Assembly: GCF_000150275.1 (NCBI RefSeq)
Contig: NW_002060949.1
Span: 519,861 to 583,860, forward strand
Source: Trichoplax adhaerens
Lineage: Eukaryota; Animalia; Placozoa
Length of the DNA: 64,000 nucleotides
Direction: 5' to 3'
The notes under the pieces are model-generated. The model was not told where the DNA came from and made no database searches. It was given only the letters and a program-made list of their open reading frames with translations. Shown here in pieces: positions 1 through 11,782 of this stretch. How positions within the stretch are numbered: the first letter of the stretch is position 1; each line of letters starts with the position of its first letter. A program made the position numbers and the translations under genes.

Positions 1-3000
1 ATCTCTCCTCTGCTTCATCCGCGCGATTTACAGCGTCAGATGTTAAATCAAGGATATTTCCAGGATTGGAAGACGATTTACTCAATCCGCTAGTATCTCT
101 AATAGCTGAAATTGAATCAGCACTTTGCTTTCGCTGTAATGCTTCTGTTCGAGCATTGTCCAATTTTTCTAACTTTTCATATGAAATAGTATCCATTTGG
201 CCTTAATAAAAATATTAATATTAGCTGACATCAGTTAAGATCTGTTTATGCAGATATTCAATGATATCCTTACCATACTGTAAACGAATCGTTTCTAGCT
301 CCTTCTTGGATGAGAGACATGGAAATAATATCACACGCTCCTGAAGATGAGTAGCATCTGGAGGCAGTATCGGATCGGGCTCATCATCACTATCATCATC
401 CATATCTGTTGGACCCTGATGAGTTTTTAATACGCTCACAGCCAACTCTACATGAAATCCAGAAGGGTACTTATCGGGGTTGTCCTCATCTATATGATCC
501 AGCTTTGATCTAAAACGAACAAATTATTTATGACTTTGTCAATATAACTTAAAAGGAAAATTTAATAAATAGATTAAAAACCTACATCGAAAACTTATAT
601 CCTTTTGCCTCTGTTTCAACAAAGCTCGTATGAATTTGCAGTTGAAAAATTGGAAAAGATTGAATCTGAAAGACATAATTCTTATTTCTAAATTCTTCCT
701 TATTATGCCAGTTGAGACTATTCTTAGATTACCTCTCTGTGTATTTTTGATGACAGCGTCGAGCGAGCGTGATAGACTGCTATCATTACGTCACCCCTAA
801 CAAGAGTTCCTAATGGGAACATAATTTTGCCATCGCTACTATTGTAAACTCTAAAAATGTTGAAAGAACGTAGTATTATGTTTCCAACTACAGTTATTAA
901 CCTTTATGAGTAATAACTACGATTGTAGCAAAATCATCGGACTATAAAGTAAAATCAATACCTCATCTCTTCTAAGGCATCCTGAAAAGTACACACCCGC
1001 CTCGTGTTGTTCTCAAAAACCTCAATATATGGCCGACACCCGATCCTAAATTAAAACAACGATTAGTACGGAAATGCAATCTTAATGGATAATTTTCATG
1101 GAGTACATACCGGGCTTTGTTGAACAATGGAACCGGAGTAATAGAAATGCTGTCTAATCGTACAGTATGCTCATGAAGACTGCTTTTTCCCTTGTTAACA
1201 ATTGTTGAAAAATACCTAAGGAACCTATGAAATAGTATGCGAAATAGAATTATTAGAAAAAATTTTGAAGACTCATCAATATAAATTAATGTCTAAAGAA
1301 CAGGTATCAACTTACCGACGTTGAGATGGAGAAATTTCAATAACATCTACATCCTGACTACGCTTTGCAAGAACCATCCGCAAAGTTGTTTCTCCGGTTT
1401 TAAAAAGACCGCAATAAACCAAATAACATGCTGTAACTAGGACAGAAGTACTTTTTCCATCCTATTGAGATCGTTGTCATCGTTTAGTGATATCGTAATT
1501 TCCAATATCTTAATCAAAAATTTTATTTCACCTTGCAATGAATAATAGCAACATTTTTACTGTCTTTACTCAGCCAACTATCAATAGCACGGCATACAGC
1601 AAATAGATGATTCAATGATAACAATCTTCTTGACGGTGTACAAAAATGTGTAACCTAGATTAGGTAAAATCGCGGTCAGTCCAGTACAAAAGTTAGATCA
1701 TACCAGAAATGGACTTAATAAGAATTATAACTTACGGCACTATTCAAGACAGTGGTATCATACATTTTCGGTGAAACATTGAACACGTGATAGCTTTGTG
1801 GATGTGACCTTTCAAGAAAGTTTCGAACTTCCTCGATTGGATTCTGCCTTGTTGATTCGTGACCACGGATAGATGGAAACGGCATAACTATAGCGTGCAA
1901 CATGGATGCAGTTATTTATATCAATATCAGATAAAGTTCTATGCTCTCAGTAGTAGTATTTAGACGTTAGGAATGTATTATGATCATATAACGAAGAAAA
2001 CATTTTTAAAATGCGATATCTGCTTCCATAAGGTTGTTGTATGGATATTGAATTGTGCATATCGTTTGTATGCTTTGTCTATTCTGTATTCCAATATGCA
2101 ACATGCCATGTTTAAGGTAAATAAGAACTACAGTACTTATCGCACATTTACCAGCTATATCTTTCATAAAATAAATATCAGTGCGATTAAACTACAACAA
2201 CTGCTAACATCGATTTACCTAACAGTGAAATATTGACATTTTTCAAACATTTTTAATCAATATACGAAAGTAAAACTTACCAATAAGCTTCGTAGTAATA
2301 TACGTCACATCTAACTTATTCGTGTATAGGCTAAAAAACATTTTAAAACGAATTTCGTAAGAAATTACTAATTGATCAGACTAAATAATGTAACAATACC
2401 TTTGCATAGTATTAGTAACAGAATTTGAAACAGATTTTAACATTCCCAAAAAAGCGGTTCCCTTCGAGGTAACATTTGTACCAACGTAGCTATCATTTGC
2501 TGCTTGACCATGTTCATTCGGCGTAACCGATGTTGCTGAAGCTAGAGATTGAATTTGGGTTATTGGATTGATTTTAAATTATAATGATAACTCATTTCCT
2601 CTATCACTGAATAATTAATATACAAAACACACCTTCGATTGGTATACTCTGTCCAAGAAAGCATAGAATTCATGGATTGCATGTAATCAATTAATAAAGA
2701 ATTTTAGGGATGGAGATAACACCTTTTATTAAATGCATAAGAATATAACAGTAACGTATAAATAAACTAGCCAATCGAGAACACTTCTCAGTAATTAAAG
2801 AAACCATATACTAACCCAGGTAGCACCAATATCTAGATTTAGTTTTAACTCGTTGCTGATCTCGTTTAAGTCATTCAGGATATCGCTCACCGAAGGGCGT
2901 TGGTTGACGTTAACGACAAGTATTTTACCTATGGTGAATTAATACACTTATAATTATTATAACCTGCGAAGATATCAATACACTATTCCCTATTTGAGCC

Positions 3001-6000
3001 TATCCAGTTCGATACGTAGCCAGAGTGACTTACGTATAAGGTTTTCAAAAAGCTTGTAATCAGGCTTGTTTTTTGGAATATTATATTTTGCATTTAGAAT
3101 TGCTAGTTTAGTAGAACCAGTACTAGAAGTATCCTCAAAAGGATGCGATGAATAACATAGGATATACAATAGACATCCAAGATCCTAAAAGGGATAGAAT
3201 TATTTGTGTACCTAAACAGCGGTAACTACAATGTGAAACATTTTAGTCTTACCCAGACGTCAACTTTCTCATTGATTTCCTGATTGCTCCATAGGTCGAT
3301 CATTTCCGGAGGGCGATATAAAGGCGTCGTAACTTCTTCAATCTATAGCATACGTAATTCATAATTTTTCAATGGCATTGAATTAAACCACTTAAAAGTA
3401 CCCCTTGAGGCCGAGTGTTAATGTGTTACGCCTTAACTATTAATGTTACAACACCATATCGTTAAAGCCTATTATCTGCTAACAATATAACATAATGTTT
3501 TACATATCTTACATCTTCAAGAAGTAGAGCGCGATCCTGTGAAGTCCAAGATTCCGTTGGCTGAAAAGTCGATTTAGTAGAACTGCCAAAATCACAAAGC
3601 CTCATAATGTTATTGGAATTCAATAAAAAGTTTTCGGGCTAGATAATAATATATAGTTAACAAAGTCAATAATCAAGCAAACTCATAACATTAAGAAACT
3701 CTAGTCAAGCAAATACTTTGAGATCCCTGTGGATAACTGGGGGTGCTTGGTTATGCATGTGAGCTACTGCTTTGCAACATTGTATGAAGATTAAAACGAC
3801 AACATGGGGCTTAAGGGATTCTACATCACGATGTCCATTTATAAGGTCAATTAAATGACCTCCTAGAAAATTTCGACATGTTATACAGTATTATAATATT
3901 ATCGCATTGATACGTGACAAGAGGACATTTACATATGTGCACTAACCTGAACATAACTCCATCAATAAGAGAACTTCATCGAAAGAATTTGTAGATTTAT
4001 CATCATCTTCGCTTAACTGTGAAGCCGCACAGACAAGCTTGACGATGTGAGGATGACCTTGGAGTTGTCTCTGTAGATTCGCCATTGTTAAGTGAATAGC
4101 TCAAGTCTGTCCTGACTGTACTCTTGTCAATTTAAAATTACTAAAAACTACTGATATGAACAATACTGTCTCTTGCAGCAAAATTATTGCTAACTACATC
4201 TCCATTTTTTAAACCTTATATGAGACATATTAAGAAGTACTAGGACACCATAATAACTAACTGGACAATTTACAGGAATTATACAGAGTTTTAGCCGCTT
4301 TCGTAACCGGATAAATCGTATCTTGTGATAAAAACTAGATAAGACGTTGGTATAAAAATTTATTTTTAACCTGAGAAAAAAGTACCGAAAGATATACTAA
4401 GAACTCATTGCTGGATTCGTAGAATTATACTTGGCATATTTAATTAACTGCTTTCAATGCTATACTTATGTGATGTACGTATCATATACCACAGTAATTT
4501 ATACTATTAAATTCACAGTATACGTAGTTTAGGATACCAAAACATTAATTTCATTTGCAATTGCTTTTCTTGCTTTCTGGTCAAAGGCGAGCAATCGCTG
4601 TATAGATATTTATAAGAAGATTAAAAAGTATTTGCAAAATCATGAAATTATACTAAAAATATCATCAACGATAAGCTACTAGATCGTAAATATACAAGTA
4701 ACCAATCGTTGCTTACGTACAGTGTTGTACCGTACCCTTATCATTAGCAGCAATCAAAGACCGAAATTATATTACTGTATCACACGTATATTTATTTATC
4801 TCTGCCTTAACTACTTGGGAATACCGTAAGCGAGGATTAATAGTACGCATTATGCAAAGAAATTAATATCCAAATAGGGAAACTTTATAATAAAGTAGCG
4901 TAGGCTTAATAATGTCTGCACTTCTGACTAACGTACGTATTACTGTACCTTTAAAGCAAATTCACGTCCAGAGTTATTATCCTGCGCCAAATAGATATAA
5001 CCGTAACCACCTTGAAATTGGATTTAATATATATATCTCGGTTAAAAGTTTTACTACTTTATGCTGTATTACCGTGTGAAAATATTCTGAAAACAAAAAA
5101 TTTGAACTGCTACAAAATGGAACTGTACACAGGCATTAATTATACTGTAAGAGTATCAGTAAACTGAATACAATGCTAGCAAAATCAGGTTAGAACCAGT
5201 ATACGAATTAATTAATTAAAAGTACAGCTCCGAAATGATTGCAGCTGATATATTGCAAGCATTCTTTAAAAATTAGCTCATATTTTAAAATTAAACCAGA
5301 AGATGGTCACGGCATTGCGTAGTATCCATATATATATATATGTATTTTAACTAGCGAGAAGTGTTTAGATACATTTTATATCGATGCCGCAAAAATAAAG
5401 TACTGTAGTGAAGCATTCTATATATGCGATCTCAAAGCTAAATAGGTATATTTTTGATGGTTATAATTTCAAAATATCCAAATAACTAAAGAGTTCTTAC
5501 AAACTCTTTGTGACCTATTTATCCATAACTTCTCCAAGTGTAAATATGTACATGAACATGATGCCTTTCCCTCCGAAAACGATTTAATCTAAAAATATGC
5601 GTATACTGTGGTATATTGTTATACAAGGTAGTTCTCAATAACGGTTTATTATCCAGCAGTCTTGCAGCGGAGCTCACTACGTACATTACCGGTAAAACGT
5701 CCAGTATTGTAGTAGCAAGGTACCGTGTAATATCAATATCATGAAATTCGGAATACAGTACAGTACAGTACAGTACATACGGTTTAAAAACGTAGTAATT
5801 TTTGCCGCAATGCAATAAAATAAGTTAAGATCTAGCCACGTTACGAGATTACATTTCAATCTGTTCACAGGACTGCTAATTATCTAATCTGTCTACGTAA
5901 TATCGGTAGTTTACTGCACCGTAGAGTATAATGCTGATACAGTATTAGGATTCGAACTACAATCCCCAAGCGTTGCGATCGACTAAACGGAAAGGACCAT

Positions 6001-6773
6001 TTTACCACTGTACTTGCTATATAGCAATGCTAAAAATGCCACGAAGGTTCATACTACAACAATTGTATTATATCCTTATTACTAACAGTAAATGGTATAC
6101 ATAAATGAATCGAAATAAGCTTGAGAGGAATAAAATATTGCAATACGAGAAGGATTATACATTTTAGATGTACATATTGTGCTACGTATTAAATATTGAA
6201 TACACTTTAAGAATCAATTGCAAGTTCACAGTCTTGCAGTAAGTAACGGATTCAGTTCAGTCAGTAGCATAAATAAACAAATTAATTTCATATTTTAAGA
6301 CTTAAAAATGACTAGCGGAAAGTAGTATGTGCATAATAAAATATAATATATATACAGTATATAGTCTCTCCATTTACAGTATCCCGTAGGTACAGCAGAT
6401 AATATAATAACGTACTGTACTGTACACTTATAGAGCACCGGACCATAGAGCTGGACTAATAACATAGTTTGCAGTTGATAATAATAATAATAATAATCAG
6501 TTAATTTTTCTACCTTCAACTTTTACGCTTAAGAATTCATTACTCTTTCAACTTGAAGACTATTTCGTAGCTGATCTTATAAACTACTATTTGATAAATT
6601 CGACCATCGTGGTGCCTAGACACGAATACCAACTAACCTGTAGCAATAACTTTCTTGACACGTAAAGTCTGCTTCCCAACTTCTACATCGGTACCAACAA
6701 AATCGTCAGCAGACCCTCCGGGATTTTCGCTACGCGATATATAGCTCCAAGCCGAGCGAAATAAATCAGACAT
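1..6773 (-). CDS. GAK: Cyclin G-associated kinase (auxilin-2): NAK kinase, PTEN-like and C2 domains; multi-exon, 3' part (clathrin-binding region, J domain) lies beyond the left edge
   Basis: Exon 1 (6773-6638) reads MSDLFRSAWSYISRSENPGGSADDFVGTDVEVGKQTLRVKKVIAT. Exon 2 (5010-4949) reads GGYGYIYLAQDNNSGREFALK. Later exons give HRDLK|PEN, RLCDFGS, TTPLYRPPEMIDLW, PTEN-like HCK|DGKSTS and C2 PVPLFNKARIGCRPYIEV...GDVMIAVYHARSTL. All are GAK/auxilin hallmarks joined by GT-AG introns. Confidence 0.95.
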
Positions 6774-6960
6774 GCTGGCTAGATGACAGCAGAATAACTT
6801 AGTCTTCTGTTAATGTATATAGAATAAGTTCTGATCCAGATTTATGCAGTGCCAAAGAACTGCATAATGCCAAAGGGATAGGTCGGCCTCTCAGAGTGAC
6901 ATACTGGTACCTTGATCTAGGGTTAGATTAGATTTTAACTTGCTATTACAGACCGTGACC

Positions 6961-8165
6961 GTGCAGTACAGTACAGTACAGTACTGTACAGTACTGTAAC
7001 CCTTAAGTGTCAGACTGGCACACTACTGTACACTGTACAGTGTACAGTACTGTAGAGTGTCGATCATAGAGATTTTATAAAAATAAAAACCCGATCCAGT
7101 TGATCGGAAAAACCTTTCTTATACTGTACAGTGTACAGTACTGTATTACTTTAGTGCCATAAGTCCCTGATAGTACATTACGTTCTAAGTACTGAACTGT
7201 GGTGTTTGACTTGCTCTGCAGAGGCGGTAAAAAAACAAACACGTTTTTTACCTCCCATATGAGCTACTGTACTGTAGACTCAGTCGAGGTCTTCATGGTT
7301 CACTACAGGAAGATGTCACTCTCCTCACATGGGAGGATATAGATGAGGCCAAAAATGTCGAAGAATAGTTACTTAATAATCACTCGTGCTAATTTAATAA
7401 ATGATATGATGCAGTAATAAGGCTAATTTGAACTTTTCTTCGGTAAATTCTGGTGAATTATTGTACTGTTAATTTAGAAAAATTTAGTCCATTCAGAATC
7501 GATCGCCCGCATACTAAACTACTGTCATAACAAGGCGTTTGGCACAAGATAGTACTGAATGTGGATGAAATATCTGTCCGTAGTGTCTAGATGGTCAAGT
7601 CACCTGTAAAATCCGTGTTCAAGTCAAAGTTTAACCCTTACTGTAAATAAATTAAATTAAATTAAATTAATTAAAATGCAGTACAGTACCTTAAACGGTA
7701 CTAGTTCCTAAATGTAAAAGTAGAGTACAGTAGTACAGTACAGTACTGTACCCGGTATACAGTACAGTACAGTACTGTATCAATCTGGCTCCACTACAGT
7801 ACTGTACTGTACTATACTACAGTACTGTACAGTGTACTGTACAGTACTTATTAATTTTCATTCGTCTACTGTAGTCCTGACTGCAGTACTGTACTGTACT
7901 GTAGACTGCGATCTCTAGGTTGATAGGTTCTGGATTCTTCTACTGCGCGAGCGTAATTATACGCTTTTAACTTACTGTGCTGTACTGTACTGTACTGTAC
8001 TGTACAGTACTTATGTACGTAATTAATGCGTGTATAGGAAGACCTTTGGACAGTAACAGCATGTAACTTTACAATAACACTTCAGTAATGTACAGTACAG
8101 TACAATGTACTGTACTGTACCAACACATGTGCTTACAGTACGTACTACTGCACACTATACTGTAG
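6961..8165. repeat. TACAG/CTGTA pentamer arrays in the divergent GAK-peroxiredoxin intergenic region (blocks about 6961-7145 and 7680-8165)
   Basis: Examples: cagtacagtacagtacagtactgtacagtactgta near 6964 and tgtactgtactgtactgtactgtacagtac at 7981. An AT tract (attaa)n lies at about 7650-7675. Confidence 0.95.
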
Positions 8166-8322
8166 AGTAAGTGAGGTGCCGGTGCCGGTGCCGGGTGTGC
8201 TGGTTTGCAAGCTCTCGGGAGTTATATCTGTGAGCTTAACTTACAAAGATTATCAGTCTGTGTACGCGAGTTTCCTTCAGCCACGCCGGCAGTTTTCTTT
8301 GCACGCGATTTCAGCACGAGCG

Positions 8323-8910
8323 ATGAGTAAGGCACAAGTTCAAAAAGCTGCACCAAATTTTGCGGCGAAAGCCGTAGTTGATGGAAAGTTTAAGGACATA
8401 AAACTCTCAGACTACCTTGGTAAATATCTCGTTTTATTCTTTTATCCAATGGACTTCACTTTCGTTTGTCCAACGGAAATCATCGCCTTCAGTGAGCGCG
8501 TTGAAGATTTTCGTTCTAGAAACTGCGAAGTCATAGCGTGCTCAACTGATACAGAATTTTCTCACTTGGCATGGATTAATCAACCACGAAAGGAAGGTGG
8601 CCTTGGAAGTATGAACATCCCTATTTTAGCGGATCCCACTCATACACTGGCGAAAGATTACGGCGTCTTATTAGAAGATCAAGGGATTGCTCTTAGAGGC
8701 TTATTCATTATAGATGGGAAAGGCATATTACGCCAAATTACCGTTAATGATCTGCCTGTTGGGCGTTCGGTTGATGAAACTATTCGATTAGTGGAAGCAT
8801 TCCAGTTTACAGATGAATATGGTGAAGTTTGTCCTGCAAATTGGAAACCTGGAAAAAGTACGATAAAGCCTAATCCTAACGACAGCAAAGCGTTCTTTGC
8901 CAGCCAATAG
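8323..8910 (+). CDS. Typical 2-Cys peroxiredoxin (AhpC/Prx1 family, PRDX1/2/3-like), single coding exon, 195 aa
   Basis: First in-frame ATG is 8323 ([13 protein letters not shown]). Peroxidatic motif [23 protein letters not shown] motif, resolving motif [11 protein letters not shown]. The specific paralogue cannot be assigned by eye. Confidence 0.95.
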   Translation: MSKAQVQKAAPNFAAKAVVDGKFKDIKLSDYLGKYLVLFFYPMDFTFVCPTEIIAFSERVEDFRSRNCEVIACSTDTEFSHLAWINQPRKEGGLGSMNIPILADPTHTLAKDYGVLLEDQGIALRGLFIIDGKGILRQITVNDLPVGRSVDETIRLVEAFQFTDEYGEVCPANWKPGKSTIKPNPNDSKAFFASQ

Positions 8911-11782
8911 CCGGTACTGTAGCAATTAGCCAACGCAACCCGGTGATATCGGTCTTCATTCACTGCGATTTTTACTGGGCGCGAGCTTCCATCTTCACTT
9001 TCAAAAGACTTAACCATTAGCGAATTAGATATTAACATTATACAGTAGTATAGTATTTTTTTTATACTAATTTAATATTACCACAATGCTTTAGAAAGTG
9101 CATTTATTAATATTTTTATTTATATTGATAATAATATTTATCAGCGTATTTAACATTTCTGAAACGAAGTAGCAACCTGTATCCGTGATTTACTGTGATG
9201 GTAGCGATACTGACAGTGAATTGAATATACGTACTATTATGAGCTTGTTACAAAGATATTCATACGTAGCTCTTACGGTATCAAATATTGATCAGGATAA
9301 TCATTTTAATAAGCACTACATTTAACTTTAATTAACGTTCTACATGGTATTGTACTACTTAGTAAGGATCGTTTGTTTAGACGTCTAGACGCGTATATGC
9401 TACAGACATGGAGCCATGGAGATACTAGAAATTTTTATAGTCGAAATTTCTAGTACGTACTTATCTGCAGGTCACGACAGGGCGTTAATGAATTACTTAT
9501 TAATTATATAAGCATTTAAATGTAGTTTTCTCAAATATTCTACTGAGAATTTCCTACGGATCAAATATTACCACTTCAATGAACATCGTCTTGAGATGAT
9601 CATTATCGTTACAGGATATGAGCTTAAACACTCACTAAATATACGGATGCAGTTGATCCTTCATACGTATACCGCCTGTCAATGTGGAATAATTTTTGTA
9701 CTATTAACACTTAATAAAGATTTTATTTCTCGACATGTAAAGTTTGTATGGACAATATATTATATTTACAGTTAGTTAATTATGTAAGGGGTAAATTACC
9801 GAGGCCCACCAGTTTTTACTATACAGTATACACTAGTAATGATGACAACTTCAAAATCGGTCAGAAAACTAGCGTAGTCAGTTTCTTGCGTCTAATTCAA
9901 TATTTCTGTTAATGTGCAAAACGTAACAGTGCAATATTCAGACCCGACACTGGTTTAAACGTGCACTAAACCGTAAATAGGTATAGATTTAGACCACGGC
10001 TCATAAAATGCAAGAAGCCACGCAGTAACGGCAACACTGTTTTGCGTCGGAGTGACCGAAGTACTCTACTGTACAGTGTGCAGTAGCAAGCAACAAATGT
10101 CGAGAGCCAATTTTATACAGCGGAATGCCAGTTTCAAATTTGTCAAGATTTTCTTTCCGTACGGTAATATAGTAGAATACTGTATTCCGAAACTGCTACC
10201 TGTTGCTTGTGAGAAGTTTACTGTAACATCACAATTGCAAATACGTTGTACAGTACTAAGCTTTCTATTGTAGATACTCTATATCTTTTATATGATTAAG
10301 CAATATCGATGCTTTAATTAATTAAAATTATTATTGCACCGTTATAACCAATTCAAAGGAAATCTAATTTTTATGATAAGCCCATCCACTCGAGCTCGTC
10401 GGCCAATAATCATTCTTGGAATCAAGGTTGCTTGCTGATTCTATAATAAAAATGATAGGGAAATAGTATTTCTCAAAAAACAAAAATCTACTAATATGCA
10501 GTACGTACAGTATTACATTATCTGTTTTATCCGATACAATCAATATCCTCTGTACATGTACAATGTTTACATACGAACGAGCGTATGCTTATATTTGAAG
10601 ATACTCAGTTAATCCCAGACTGCAAATAAGATATCCATAATTTACTGTACAGTACAGTATACTACAATTCATAACTACATAGATTTCATTCAATGAAAAC
10701 CGTATGTTTAGGCAAATTACATAACAGACTACTACGTAGTACATCAACTCTACTAGATGACTACCATAAAATAATGTATTCTGAAATATGCGAATCATCA
10801 ATTATTTATAGTCGGTACGAAAGTCACAAATGTTAGTGAAAACAGTTACATCTATCACATTTACAACTTTCTATCACTGTAATCCCTCTATCGGTTATTA
10901 CAGTAAAATCTACCGATTGCACGACAGTCTTAATCTCGCTCTCAACTTTTCTCTTGTGAGTATAATCAATTCGTATATACCCTTGTGTTTACAGATTTGT
11001 AGGTAATTCCAGTCTACACATAGAATTACTAAGCAAATTATCCTTAGTTTACTTGCATTTACGAAATCAACTGACATGACAGATAAACAGCCTTCCAGGC
11101 AACTGAAAGAATCTTCGAATGCAAGTAAACCGCAAATCTATGTATTGTGTAGCGATAAATAATTCTAATTAAAGTTTGACGAATTATTTTACTAAAGATG
11201 TCCTGGCCATACGTGAATTTCCAATTCGTAAAGTAAAAGAAAGATCTTCTAATCTATAACTTAACTGTAGCTTATACTATAGTTTTACAGTAATATACGG
11301 AGCTATTGTAACGCTAATTGGTAAATTAATATCATCTCATAGTACAAATTACGAAGCGAGTGTAAGCGTAGATTTTTATTAGTCGCATGGAAAATTGTGA
11401 GGATAAAAATTTGACTGTATCCTTCACTGTGAGGCTTACAGTACATGGGTGATTAAAGGAACCATTACACCTATAAATCATTATTATTTAGATCGCAATC
11501 TGAACAACATACATAGATTTTTACAGGGATTCAGTGATAATCGCACTTCTGAAATCACATTATACTATGTTTTACTTATTTTACATCACGATAGAAATCT
11601 GCATAATTAATAATGGTATCACTGAATAGATCACTTCTGTTGGCTATATAATTATCTCTACGAGCTCACAAAGAATAACCAACAAGGCAGTAACTATCAG
11701 ATTCATGGACTTGTTATTCTATTGAGGCTTTAATTCGGCTAGTTTAAATCTGTAATTAAGCGTATCGCCAAAGAGTATATCA

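Noticed and set aside
1440-1545. GAK PTEN-like active site HCKDGKSTS lacks the Arg of CX5R
   Set aside because: The GAK/auxilin PTEN-like domain is an established pseudophosphatase, so this is expected.
6961-8165. Pentamer arrays as CRISPR, telomeric or centromeric satellite
   Set aside because: There is no repeat-spacer structure and the context is eukaryotic. The blocks are short, interrupted, strand-flipping and located between genes.
8679-9038. 119-aa antisense ORF over the peroxiredoxin
   Set aside because: Non-ATG start, no motifs, and explained as an antisense shadow of the coding strand.
10330-10445. Exon-like minus-strand segment downstream of the unknown gene
   Set aside because: Two frames are open and I could not join it to upstream exons with confidence.
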